DNA from: an uncultured Collinsella sp.
Lineage (GTDB): Bacteria; Actinomycetota; Coriobacteriia; Coriobacteriales; Coriobacteriaceae
Reading direction: 5' to 3'
NCBI GenBank assembly: GCA_900549135.1
Contig: URNI01000001.1
Coordinates: 834 to 64,833 of the forward strand
DNA: 64,000 nucleotides
Made by a program: the position numbers and the translations under genes. Below, piece after piece: positions 27,620 through 37,295 of the stretch. The notes beneath the pieces were generated by a model, which saw only the letters and a list, made by a program, of their open reading frames with translations, was not told the origin of the DNA and did no database searches. Every line of letters begins with the position of its first letter. The first letter of the stretch is position 1.

Positions 27620-28762
27620 GTGGTTAAGGCACTCAAGATTGAGATATTCCTGCTATGCATGATTGTTCTTATCGGGCTTGCCGCGCGAAGTCGTCGCTCT
27701 TTGTTCTCGAGCACCCTGCAGCTATTGTTTAGCATGCTTGGCTACACCTCTGCCGCGTACATATTATTCGATATGATCTGGACGCTTTCGGATGGTGCGG
27801 ACGGCACGTTGGGTATTGCTGCCAACTGGATTTCCAACGCGGTTTCGTTTTCGCTCTTTGCCATCGCGTGTCTCATTTGGTTTATCTATTCCGAGACGAT
27901 GCAGGGCTCTCGCCTTGTGACCTCGCGCTATAGGGTGGTGCTTGTAACGTTGCCTACGGCTCTGGTGGTCGTGCTGGCTTTTACCAGTTACTGGACGCAC
28001 GCCTTGTTCTATATCGATTCGCAGGGCGTGTATCGTCGCGGCTTTGCCTATATGATCCAGCCCATTGTCAGCTACTGTTACGTTATACATACGTCCCTGC
28101 ATGCGTTTGTGCAATCTCGTAGGGTCGAGAGCCTGCAGACGAAGGCTATCTATCGAACCTTGGCATTTTTCGCCATTCCGGCCCTGGTGGGCGGTACCTT
28201 TCAGATCGTATACTCGGTGCCTGGCCTTTGTGTCGGCATAATGATTAGCATGTTGCTGCTCTATATCATCTGCCAGGAGCAACTGATCTCGACTGACCCG
28301 TTGACTGGACTCAACAACCGCAACCGTTTTGAGACCTATATGCTGTCGCTCTTTTCAAATGTGGATCAGGCCGAAGATGTATATCTGCTTATGATGGACG
28401 CTGACGGCTTTAAGCAGATTAACGATCGCTATGGACATGTGGAGGGCGACCATGCTCTTCAGGTTGTTGCGACGGCGCTCAAGGATGTCTGCTCGGCGTC
28501 TGGTGGCTTTATCGCGCGTTATGGTGGCGATGAGTTCGTTGTGCTCCAAAAGGCAGCGGCGGAACAGGATATCATGCATCTGTGCGCGACAATCAACGAC
28601 GAGCTCGCGCATGCCGAGGTGCCGTATGCATTGCGGATGTCCATCGGTTGCGCGCGGGTCGGCGATAGTGTTGATACCTGGCAAGACTTACTTCGCGCTG
28701 CCGATGCGGAGCTCTATCGCGTCAAGGCCGAGAAAAAGAAAGCCGGCGTACAAATACGCTAG
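27620..28762 (+). CDS. Membrane-bound diguanylate cyclase (GGDEF)
   Basis: Multiple TM helices, then TDPLTGLNNR, DADGFKQINDRYGHVEGD and RYGGDEF. Confidence 0.9.
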   Translation: MVKALKIEIFLLCMIVLIGLAARSRRSLFSSTLQLLFSMLGYTSAAYILFDMIWTLSDGADGTLGIAANWISNAVSFSLFAIACLIWFIYSETMQGSRLVTSRYRVVLVTLPTALVVVLAFTSYWTHALFYIDSQGVYRRGFAYMIQPIVSYCYVIHTSLHAFVQSRRVESLQTKAIYRTLAFFAIPALVGGTFQIVYSVPGLCVGIMISMLLLYIICQEQLISTDPLTGLNNRNRFETYMLSLFSNVDQAEDVYLLMMDADGFKQINDRYGHVEGDHALQVVATALKDVCSASGGFIARYGGDEFVVLQKAAAEQDIMHLCATINDELAHAEVPYALRMSIGCARVGDSVDTWQDLLRAADAELYRVKAEKKKAGVQIR

Positions 28763-28804
28763 AAAAGGGGCATACGACCGCATTGATGGTCGTGCGCCCT
28801 TTTT
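28763..28804. terminator. Bidirectional rho-independent terminator
   Basis: AAAAGGGGCATACGACC-loop-GGTCGTGCGCCCTTTTT between convergent genes. Confidence 0.65.
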
Positions 28805-28951
28805 GCGTTTGCGGGGGCCACCGGCCATAACGCCCAGGCGCGGTGCGGCAAGACGAGCGTCTGCCGCCGCGGCTCGGTACGAAATCAACGAGAGCCAGTG
28901 CATTCCATTAAGCTAAAGTGTGTGAAGGCTCTCTCTAAAAAGGTGAGCTCG

Positions 28952-29887
28952 CTAGGCTTTTTTGGGTTTGTTGACGATGATTATGCCGCCGCAGACCAAC
29001 AGCAGGGCAACAAGTACGGTAACGGGGCTCGTGCCAGCGCCCTCGCCGAGCAGCAGCGCGCTCAGCAGTACGCCAAAGACCGGGTTCATAAACCCAAAGA
29101 CCGAGACGCGGCTGACGGGGTTGACGGCAAGCAGGCGCGACCACAGCGAGTACGCGACGGCGGAAATGAGTGCCATATAAATGATGAGCGCGATGGCGGG
29201 GGCGATTTCGGTGGGGGACAACGTGCCGCCCATCAAAAACCCGATGGCGGTAAGGACCACGCCACCGACTAAAAACTGCCAGCCGGCGAGCAAGACGCCG
29301 TCATGCTCGCGCGAGAAGATGCCAATGAGGCAGGTCGACAGGGCGCCCGCAACAGTGGAAGCCAAGATAAAGCCCTCGCCGTCGAGCGTAAAGCCAAAGG
29401 TGCCATCCGCGCCCGAAAGGTTGACGAGCGCGACACCGGCAAAGCCCAGTACGCAGCCGAGCACTTTGGCCGCATCGAGCTTTTCGGTGCGAAACGCTAG
29501 GGCGGCAAAGAGGATGGCTAGGAAGTTGGCGCTGGCCTCGATGATGGAGCTCGACATGGCGCTGGCGCGCGAGAGGCCCAGATAGAAAAAGAAGTACTGA
29601 CCGATGGTCTGAAAGAGCGACAAGATAAAGATGGGTTTGATGTCGCGAGCCTGCGGAATGAGGGGGCGGCGCTGGGCCGCACTCATACCGGCGACAACCA
29701 GGATACCGGCAAGCGTGAAGCGCAAACCTGCAAAGAGCAGTTGCGAGGCGCTATCGTGCGCCGGGATACCAAAGAGTGCGTAGCCGATCTTGATGCAGGG
29801 AAAGGCCGATCCCCAGAGCGCACAGCAAACAAGACAGCCCAGGATAAGTCCGGGCAGGGTGGCGAGATACGGCTTGCGGCTTTCCAT
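28952..29887 (-). CDS. DMT/EamA family transporter
   Basis: LWGSAFPCIKIGY, RFTLAG and MNPVFGVLLS; about 10 TM helices. Confidence 0.85.
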   Translation of the reverse strand: MESRKPYLATLPGLILGCLVCCALWGSAFPCIKIGYALFGIPAHDSASQLLFAGLRFTLAGILVVAGMSAAQRRPLIPQARDIKPIFILSLFQTIGQYFFFYLGLSRASAMSSSIIEASANFLAILFAALAFRTEKLDAAKVLGCVLGFAGVALVNLSGADGTFGFTLDGEGFILASTVAGALSTCLIGIFSREHDGVLLAGWQFLVGGVVLTAIGFLMGGTLSPTEIAPAIALIIYMALISAVAYSLWSRLLAVNPVSRVSVFGFMNPVFGVLLSALLLGEGAGTSPVTVLVALLLVCGGIIIVNKPKKA

Positions 29888-29912
29888 GATGTCCTTCCTG
29901 TATGCGCGAAGC

Positions 29913-29949
29913 AAAAAAGAACCCGCCACCGGGTGTGCCGGTGGCGGGT
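29913..29949 (-). terminator. Rho-independent terminator of purL
   Basis: ACCCGCCACCGG-loop-CCGGTGGCGGGT with a T-tract on the minus strand. Confidence 0.75.
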
Positions 29950-29986
29950 GTTGTTACCCGAGGGGATTGTACCCGATGGGAAAGGT

Positions 29987-32900
29987 TTAGGCGAAGTAGG
30001 CTACGCCGCTCTCGAAGATCGGCATGAACTTATCGCCGGGGACATGCTCGGGCACGTTGCGGTACAGGTTGTCGCCGCGACGCTCGGCATGGCCCATCTT
30101 GCCCAGGACACGGCCGTCGGGGCTCGTGATACCCTCGATGGCGAGTGCGGAGCCGTTGGGGTTGACGGAGAGATCCATGCTGGGCTTGCCGTTCTCGCCC
30201 ACGTACTGCGTGGCGACCTGGCCGTTGGCGATCAGCTGGGTGAGCACTTCGTCATTGGCGACAAAGCGGCCCTCGCCGTGGCTGATGGCGACGGTGTAGG
30301 GGTCGTCCAGGCTGCACTGCGACAGCCACGGGGACAGGTTGGACGAGATGCGGGTGCGCACCAGACGGCTCTGATGACGACCGATGGTGTTGAACGTCAA
30401 CGTGGGCGCATCGGGCGTGGCGTCGACGATGTCGCCATAGGGCACCAGACCGAGCTTGACCAGGGCCTGGAAGCCGTTGCAGATGCCCAGCATCAGGCCA
30501 TCGCGGGCCTTGAGCAGGTCGCGAACTGCCTCGGTGACCTCGGGAGCGCGGAAGAACGCCGTGATGAACTTGGCGGAGCCATCGGGCTCGTCGCCGCCCG
30601 AGAAGCCGCCGGGGATCATGACGATCTGGCTTGCACGGATGCGGCGGGCAAGCTCGTGGGTGCTCTCGGCGACGGCCTCGGGCGTGAGGTTGTTGATCAC
30701 GAAGGTGTCGGCTTCGGCACCGGCTGCGCGGAAGGCGCGGGCGCTGTCGTACTCGCAGTTGTTGCCGGGGAACACGGGGATGATCACGCGCGGGCGGGCG
30801 ATCTTGGCGCCGCCGTACACGTGGATATCCTTGGCGCGGAAGTCGATGGTCTCGACCTCGGGGGTCTCGCCGGCGCTGCGGTAGGCGAAGACGCCCTCGA
30901 TGCCGCTCTCCCAGGCCTCCTGGAGCTCGGCGAGCTCGATGACCTCGGAGCCGGTGTCGATGACATAGCCCTCGACGGTGGTGCCCAGGGGTTCGACGAC
31001 AACGCCGTCGGCGACCTCGGGCAGCTCGGCATCCTCGGCGAGCTCGACGATAAAGCTGCCGTAGAGCGGGGTGAAGAGGCTCTCTACGTCTACATCCTCG
31101 GCAAGCTCGATGCCGATCTGGTTACCGACGCACATCTTAAAGAGGCTCTCGGCGCCGCAGCCGTAGCCGGGCGTGGAGATGGCCAGGGCGTTGCCGGTAG
31201 CAGTGAGCGCCTCGACGGCGTCAAACGCGGAGAGCAGCTGCTGAGCGTCGGGACGGTAGTCCTCGCCATAGGTAGCGGGGGCGATGCGGACGACGCGGTG
31301 CGTGAGGCCCTTGAACTCGGGCGAGACGGCACGGGCGGCCCTGCCCACAGCGACGGCGAAGCTGATCAGGGTCGGCGGAACGTTGAGCTCGCCGGCCTCG
31401 TCCTCAAACGAACCGCTCATGGAGTCCTTGCCGCCGATGGCGCCGGCACCCAGGTCGACCTGGGCCATGAGGGCACCCAGGACGGCAGCCATGGGCTTGC
31501 CCCAGCGCTCGGCCTCGGTGCGCAGACGCTCGAAGTACTCCTGGAAGGAGAGATAGGCGCGCTTGTGCTCAAAGCCGGCAGCCACGAGCTTGGCGATGGA
31601 CTCGACCACGGACAGGTAGGCGCCCGCAAACTGGTCGGCTTCCATCAGATAGGGGTTAAAGCCCCATGCCATGGCGCTCGCCGTGGTGGTCTCGCCGTCC
31701 ACGGGGAACTTGGCGACCATGGCCGAGCTGGGGGTGAGCTGCGTCTTGCCGCCAAAGGGCATGAGTACGGTCGCGGCGCCGATGGTGGAGTCGAAGCGCT
31801 CGGAAAGGCCCTTGTTGGAAGCGACGTTGAGGTCGGTGACGAGCGAGGTCATGCGCTCGGCGAGCGTGGTGCCGGCCCAGCTGGGCTGCCACACGCTACG
31901 GGCGCACACGTGGGCGACCTGGTGCTTGGGTGCGCCGTTGGAGTTGAGGAACTCGCGGGACAGGTCGACGATAGCGACGCCGTTCCAGGCCATGCGCATG
32001 CGCGGCTCAGCGGTAACCTCGGCGATAACGGTCGCCTCCAGGTTCTCCTCGGCGGCGTAGCCCATGAACTCCTCGACGTCACCGTCGGCGACGGCGCAGG
32101 CCATGCGCTCCTGGGACTCAGAGATAGCGAGCTCGGTGCCGTCCAGGCCGTCGTACTTCTTGGTCACGGTGTCCAGGTCGACATACAGGCCGTCGGCAAG
32201 CTCGCCCACGGCGACTGAGACGCCGCCGGCGCCAAAGTCGTTGCAGCGCTTGATCAGACGGCAGGCGTCGCCGCGGCGGAACAGGCGCTGCAGCTTGCGC
32301 TCGACCGGGGCGTTGCCCTTCTGGACCTCGGCACCCGAGGTCTCGATGGACTCGGTGTTCTGGGTCTTGGAGGAGCCGGTGGCGCCACCGATGCCATCGC
32401 GGCCGGTGCGGCCGCCCAGCAGGATGATCTTGTCGGTGGGGGCGGGGCACTCGCGACGAACGTGGTTTGCCGGGGTAGCGCCCACGACGGCGCCAACCTC
32501 CATGCGCTTGGCCACGTAACCGGGGTGATAGAGTTCGTTGACCTGACCGGTGGCAAGGCCGATCTGGTTGCCGTAGCTGGAGTAGCCGGCGGCGGCAGTG
32601 GTCACGAGCTTGCGCTGCGGCAGCTTGCCCTCGAGCGTCTCGGAAACCGGGACGGTGGGGTCACCGGCGCCGGTGACACGCATGGCCTGGTACACGTAGC
32701 TGCGGCCCGAGAGCGGGTCGCGGATGGCGCCGCCCACGCAGGTGGCGGCACCGCCGAAGGGCTCGATCTCGGTCGGGTGGTTGTGGGTCTCGTTCTTAAA
32801 CAGGAACAGCCAGTCCTGGTCCTCGCCGTCGACATCGACCTTCACCTTGACGGTGCAGGCGTTGATCTCCTCGGACTCGTCGACATCGGTCATGACGCCG

Positions 32901-33733
32901 GTCTTCTTAAGGTACTTGGCGCCGATGGTGCCCATGTCCATGAGGCAGACGGGCTTGGCGTCGCGGCCGAGTTCGTGGCGCATCTCCATGTAGCGGTCGA
33001 AGGCTTGCTGCACCACGGCGTCGTCGATCGTCACGTCGTCCAGGACGGTGCCGAAGGTGGTGTGGCGGCAGTGGTCGGACCAGTAGGTGTCGATCACGCG
33101 GATCTCGGTGATGGTGGGGTCGCGGTCCTCATCGCGGAAGTACTGCTGGCAGAAGGCGATGTCTGCCTCGTCCATGGCAAGGCCGCGATCGGCGATAAAG
33201 GCGGCAAGGCCGGCCTCGTCGAGCTCGCGGAAGCCGTCGAGCACCTCGACGGGCTGGGGCTCGGGGGTCTCCATGTACAGCGTCTCGGGCAGGTCGAGCG
33301 AGGCGATGCGAGCCTCGACGGGGTTCACCACGTAGTGCTTGATGGCATCGATGGCGGCCTCGTCCAGAGCGCCCGAGATCATATAGACCTTGGCGGAGCG
33401 CACGGCGGGGCGCTCACCCTGGCTGATGAGCTGCACGCACTCGCTGGCGGAGTCGGCGCGCTGGTCAAACTGGCCAGGCAGGAACTCGACGGCAAAGACG
33501 GCGCCATCGCTTGCGGGGAGTTCGTCGTAGGTCACATCGACCTGGGGCTCGCTAAAGACGGTCGGCACGCAGGAGCGGAAAAGCTCCTCGTCGATGCCCT
33601 CGACGTCGTAGCGGTTGATGATCCTCAGGGCCTCGATGCCCTTGATGCCGAGAATTTCGGTCAGCTCGCCCTTGAGCTGCTGAGCCTCGACGTCGAACCC
33701 GGGTTTCTTCTCCACGTAGATACGAGAGACCAT
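29987..33733 (-). CDS. purL: Phosphoribosylformylglycinamidine synthase (large single-chain type with glutaminase domain)
   Basis: DTYWSDHCRH, KNETHNHPTEIEPFGGAATCVGG, DFGAGG, SESQERM, GGFSGGD, LGICNGFQ and SHGEG. Start MVSRIYV. Confidence 0.95.
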   Translation of the reverse strand: MVSRIYVEKKPGFDVEAQQLKGELTEILGIKGIEALRIINRYDVEGIDEELFRSCVPTVFSEPQVDVTYDELPASDGAVFAVEFLPGQFDQRADSASECVQLISQGERPAVRSAKVYMISGALDEAAIDAIKHYVVNPVEARIASLDLPETLYMETPEPQPVEVLDGFRELDEAGLAAFIADRGLAMDEADIAFCQQYFRDEDRDPTITEIRVIDTYWSDHCRHTTFGTVLDDVTIDDAVVQQAFDRYMEMRHELGRDAKPVCLMDMGTIGAKYLKKTGVMTDVDESEEINACTVKVKVDVDGEDQDWLFLFKNETHNHPTEIEPFGGAATCVGGAIRDPLSGRSYVYQAMRVTGAGDPTVPVSETLEGKLPQRKLVTTAAAGYSSYGNQIGLATGQVNELYHPGYVAKRMEVGAVVGATPANHVRRECPAPTDKIILLGGRTGRDGIGGATGSSKTQNTESIETSGAEVQKGNAPVERKLQRLFRRGDACRLIKRCNDFGAGGVSVAVGELADGLYVDLDTVTKKYDGLDGTELAISESQERMACAVADGDVEEFMGYAAEENLEATVIAEVTAEPRMRMAWNGVAIVDLSREFLNSNGAPKHQVAHVCARSVWQPSWAGTTLAERMTSLVTDLNVASNKGLSERFDSTIGAATVLMPFGGKTQLTPSSAMVAKFPVDGETTTASAMAWGFNPYLMEADQFAGAYLSVVESIAKLVAAGFEHKRAYLSFQEYFERLRTEAERWGKPMAAVLGALMAQVDLGAGAIGGKDSMSGSFEDEAGELNVPPTLISFAVAVGRAARAVSPEFKGLTHRVVRIAPATYGEDYRPDAQQLLSAFDAVEALTATGNALAISTPGYGCGAESLFKMCVGNQIGIELAEDVDVESLFTPLYGSFIVELAEDAELPEVADGVVVEPLGTTVEGYVIDTGSEVIELAELQEAWESGIEGVFAYRSAGETPEVETIDFRAKDIHVYGGAKIARPRVIIPVFPGNNCEYDSARAFRAAGAEADTFVINNLTPEAVAESTHELARRIRASQIVMIPGGFSGGDEPDGSAKFITAFFRAPEVTEAVRDLLKARDGLMLGICNGFQALVKLGLVPYGDIVDATPDAPTLTFNTIGRHQSRLVRTRISSNLSPWLSQCSLDDPYTVAISHGEGRFVANDEVLTQLIANGQVATQYVGENGKPSMDLSVNPNGSALAIEGITSPDGRVLGKMGHAERRGDNLYRNVPEHVPGDKFMPIFESGVAYFA

Positions 33734-33917
33734 TGGTTCCTGCCTTCCTGATCGGTTGGGCGTACGGTACGGTATGCGGCAGCGGTCGGTTTGCGGGGTC
33801 TGCCCTGCGGTCGCCTTGAGCCACATGTTTGTAAACCTCACTATGATACGACAGCTCGCGGCGCGTTGAGGACGGCGAGGGTGCTACAGTGAAGCGCAAA
33901 CAAGAGAAAGGCATCAC

Positions 33918-35477
33918 ATGGCATTCGTTTCGCTCGCCATCATCGCACTCGTGGCCTTTGCGAGTCCTTTTATCGCCTCGGCGATTCCCGGAAAACCCGT
34001 TCCCGAGACGGTCTTTTTGCTCGTGCTCGGCGCGGTGCTGGGACCCCATATGCTCGGCGTCATCCATGTAGATGCTGAGGTCTCGCTTGTGTCCGAGCTG
34101 GGCCTGGCCTTTTTGTTCCTGCTTGCCGGCTTTGAGATCGACCCCAAGAGCATCACGGGCGTCGAGGGGCGCTACGGCTTGGCGACGTGGGTCGTCACGT
34201 TTGGTATCGCCTGGCTTGCCGTGCGCTTTACCCCGTGGTTCTCAGTCAGTCATTTCGACGGTATCGCCGTGACGCTTGCCCTCACTTCGACGGCGCTCGG
34301 TACGCTCGTGCCCATTATGCGTGAGCGCTCGCTCACCGGCACGCGCGTGGGCGACTCGATTCTCGCGTATGGCACTTGGGGCGAGCTCGGTCCCGTGCTC
34401 GCCATGTCGGTGCTGTTGTCTGCCCGCACTGGCATCCAAACGCTCGTTATCCTTGGCTTGTTTGCGGTGGTTTGCGTGTTGCTGGCCGTGGTCCCGAGCC
34501 GCTCCAAGCGCGTCGGCAGCCGCTTCTTTGCGTTTGTTGAGGAGCGCGCCGATACCACGTCGCAGACCTTCGTGCGCCTGACGGTGCTCATCCTGGTCAC
34601 GCTCGTGGCATTCTCGGCTGTCTTTGATCTCGACATCGTGTTGGGTTCTTTTGCCGCCGGCTTTGTCCTGCGCTATATCATCCCCGAGGGCAACCATACG
34701 CTCGAGACCAAGCTCGACGGCCTGGCCTACGGCTTTTTGATTCCGGTGTTCTTTACCGTATCGGGTGCAAAGATCGATCTGACGGCCGTGGCGTCGCGCC
34801 CGGGCTTGCTCGCGGGTTTTATCGTGGCGTTGCTGATTATTCGTGCCGTGCCCATTCTCATCTCTATGGGCATTTGTCCCGCGACGCGCGATGTGTCGGC
34901 GTATGGTCGCATTACCGTGGCTCTGTACTGCACCACGGCCCTGCCGATCATCGTTGCCGTGACGAGCGTTGCCGTCAACGCGGGCGCGCTGTCACAAGAT
35001 ATTGCGTCGGTCATGGTTGCCGCCGGTGCCATTACGGTGTTCTTGATGCCATTGCTCGCGCAGCTCTTTTACCGCGTGGTCGACGCCGCGCCGGTCGCCG
35101 CCGTGACAGAGGTTGCCGAGCATCCATCCGATGCGTTCGACATCCTGCGTGCCCATCACGATTTGGCGAGCCTGCTCGCACGCGAGCACGAGCTGCTGAC
35201 CTCGCATGGTCACGGTCGCGTATTCGAGGGCCTGCCTACGCTCGATACGATTGCCGAGCGTCTTTCCGCCGAGGCGGCGAGCGGCCACATCGATGCCCGC
35301 ATCGTGGACGCTGCGCACCTGCTTGCCGATAAGACCTATGGAGACGAGGTCGACCCGTCCGAGCTGACTCCGCGCGAGCGTCGCCGCCTGGAGCGCGCCA
35401 AGCTCGCCGTGCGCGAATACCGCCGCCGCATGTTGGAGCTCTATGCAAGAGAAGAAGCCGAGGACGACGACAAGTAG
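33918..35477 (+). CDS. Cation:proton antiporter (CPA2-like) with soluble C-terminal extension
   Basis: ELGLAFLFLLAGFEID, TSTALGTLVPI and GFLIPVFF; about 12 TM helices. Confidence 0.85.
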   Translation: MAFVSLAIIALVAFASPFIASAIPGKPVPETVFLLVLGAVLGPHMLGVIHVDAEVSLVSELGLAFLFLLAGFEIDPKSITGVEGRYGLATWVVTFGIAWLAVRFTPWFSVSHFDGIAVTLALTSTALGTLVPIMRERSLTGTRVGDSILAYGTWGELGPVLAMSVLLSARTGIQTLVILGLFAVVCVLLAVVPSRSKRVGSRFFAFVEERADTTSQTFVRLTVLILVTLVAFSAVFDLDIVLGSFAAGFVLRYIIPEGNHTLETKLDGLAYGFLIPVFFTVSGAKIDLTAVASRPGLLAGFIVALLIIRAVPILISMGICPATRDVSAYGRITVALYCTTALPIIVAVTSVAVNAGALSQDIASVMVAAGAITVFLMPLLAQLFYRVVDAAPVAAVTEVAEHPSDAFDILRAHHDLASLLAREHELLTSHGHGRVFEGLPTLDTIAERLSAEAASGHIDARIVDAAHLLADKTYGDEVDPSELTPRERRRLERAKLAVREYRRRMLELYAREEAEDDDK

Positions 35478-35510
35478 CGAGGCGGCCCTTCGGAGAGACC
35501 AGGGACGGAT

Positions 35511-35773
35511 GAAGCCCCTGGCGGAAAGTACATCCCGGTTTGAAGGCTCGGAATGGGGCACGTTTTCCGGAACAAGGCCCTTTGGGAAGTGCATCCCGGA
35601 ATAGACGCTCAGAGCGGGACACAGTTTCCGCGAGAAGCCCGTTGCGGAAAGCGCACCCCATTCTGAGCCGAAAATCTGGGATACAGTTTTCTTTTCGAAC
35701 AGAAGAAGGCGCACTGCCTGCTATTGATGCAGGACGCGCGCCTCTTGCATAAAGCTCTGCTGAGGTTTGAAAT
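35511..35773 (+). repeat. Array of three ~62-bp imperfect palindromic units plus terminal hairpin (left copy)
   Basis: Units at about 35522, 35584 and 35645 with approximate consensus GGAAA-N5-CCC-N~18-GGG-N5-TTTCC, then AAGGCGCACTGCCTGC...GCAGGACGCGCGCCT. Homologous to 42347-42546. Confidence 0.8.
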
Positions 35774-35926
35774 TAGCTCGCTATGTAAATAAGGAAACCT
35801 TAATTCCCAATACTTCAAATTCTGAAATTAGACAATGCATTTCTTGAGTCTTAATTGCAAATATCGGATTAATTCGAAATAATGAAAGACGATTAAGCTA
35901 TTTGATTTCAAAGGGGCGATGAAGCG

Positions 35927-37168
35927 ATGGCGTACAAGACGCTCGAAAAACTCTTTTATGCAGATTCAAGCTCCGATCGTTATGCTTGCCATGACGAGCT
36001 ACTGCGCGAGCGCCTTACTGCCGACGGCACGGTGCGGACTGGAATTCACCTTGAGCATGGTGAACTGTTCGCTTGTGTTCCTTTGAACCTGTCCGTTGCT
36101 AGCGAGCGGATCCTCAGAAAAGAGCGAAAGATTTCCAACCTGTGGAACAGCTTGCCTTATGTGGCTTTGGGGGCCTCGATTCGTTCGCTGGTGCTTGAGG
36201 AGGTTGTTTTCAGCAACGAAATGGAAGGTGTGCACAGCACGCGGCGCCAGATTGAAGCGGCGCTGGAGTCTGCGGAGGATGCCGCGGCCGAACTTTGCGG
36301 TGCCGCCGAAAAGGAGCACACTCCTTTTATTGAATTCGCTCGCCTCTACCTTCAGCTGGTGGATGGTTCAAGTCGTCCCGGCAAACCCGAGGATATCCGC
36401 GAGATTTTCGATGCCGTCACTAAGGGCGTGCTTGACCCGAAGGACCGTCCGGATGGCAAGATGTTCCGTTTGGGTCCCGTTGTGATTGAGAACAATCGGG
36501 GCAAGATTCTCCATCAGGGTGTTTCCTCGGAGCCCGAAATCATTGACCTCCTTGGCAAGATGATAGAGTTGGGCAATCGCGAAGATGTCCCAAGCCTCTA
36601 TGCAGCCTCAATCTGCCATTTTCTCTTTGAGTATATTCACCCCTTCTATGACGGTAACGGGAGAACGGGGAGATATCTTCTCGCGTTGAGCCTGAACGAG
36701 ACGTTGTCGCAGCCTACGGTGTTGTCGCTTTCCAGGACGATTGCTGAGAATAAAACCGCATATTACAAGGCGTTTGACGTGGTGGAGAGGCCCCTTAATG
36801 GTAGCGATGCAACTCCGTTTGTTGCAATGATTCTTGATTTGGTCGAGCAAGCGCAAGATGCCGTTCTGAGCGATTTGGCTGAAAAGCGCGTACAACTCGA
36901 TGATCTTAAGCGGGCGATCGATGAGCTCGACGATACGTTTACCGAAAGGGCAAAAGATATTCTGTTTTATGCGGCACAGATGCATATCTTCGGTGCCTTT
37001 GGCGAATCTACGCTTGATGGTGTGTCGAGCTATCTCGATGTGACAAAGCCGACAGCGAGTAGGTCATTGTCGAGCCTAATCGCTGCCGGATATTTAGAAA
37101 AGGTGTCCGCAAGGCCGCTCGTGTGCAAGATGACGGTGGCGGGACTTAATCTGCTCGGGCTAGAGTGA
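35927..37168 (+). CDS. Fic family protein (class II, autoinhibited) with C-terminal HTH
   Basis: HPFYDGNGRTGR Fic motif; N-terminal SNEMEG matches the (S/T)xxxE(G/N) inhibitory motif; C-terminal LDVTKPTASRSLSSL..GYL. Confidence 0.9.
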   Translation: MAYKTLEKLFYADSSSDRYACHDELLRERLTADGTVRTGIHLEHGELFACVPLNLSVASERILRKERKISNLWNSLPYVALGASIRSLVLEEVVFSNEMEGVHSTRRQIEAALESAEDAAAELCGAAEKEHTPFIEFARLYLQLVDGSSRPGKPEDIREIFDAVTKGVLDPKDRPDGKMFRLGPVVIENNRGKILHQGVSSEPEIIDLLGKMIELGNREDVPSLYAASICHFLFEYIHPFYDGNGRTGRYLLALSLNETLSQPTVLSLSRTIAENKTAYYKAFDVVERPLNGSDATPFVAMILDLVEQAQDAVLSDLAEKRVQLDDLKRAIDELDDTFTERAKDILFYAAQMHIFGAFGESTLDGVSSYLDVTKPTASRSLSSLIAAGYLEKVSARPLVCKMTVAGLNLLGLE

Positions 37169-37295
37169 ATATCGGTTATCAGACAAATGAACACTCCGAG
37201 CGCTTGCCCGCCATTCCTCCATGGTGTGAAATCGCTCTTATCCTATTGAGGCGCCTTTGAGGTCGCCAATGGACCGTTGCGGCGAGCGGTGAAAG

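Noticed and set aside
28811..28900. ZTP-riboswitch-like CGCCTGGGC on the minus strand
   Set aside because: The 5' pseudoknot partner does not match, and it lies between convergent gene ends with no downstream gene to control.
29741..33751. Long plus-strand ORFs (825 aa, 429 aa) opposite purL
   Set aside because: Antisense shadow ORFs typical of high-GC codon bias, with no recognisable motifs.
33734..33860. ZTP or purine riboswitch upstream of purL
   Set aside because: The conserved ZTP elements (GACUGGCG...CGCCUGGGC) and the purine aptamer core were not found in the leader.
35511..35773. CRISPR array (regular ~62-bp period with variable middles)
   Set aside because: Units are degenerate palindromes with only 2-3 copies, no identical direct repeats and no cas genes; REP/BIME-like is a better fit.
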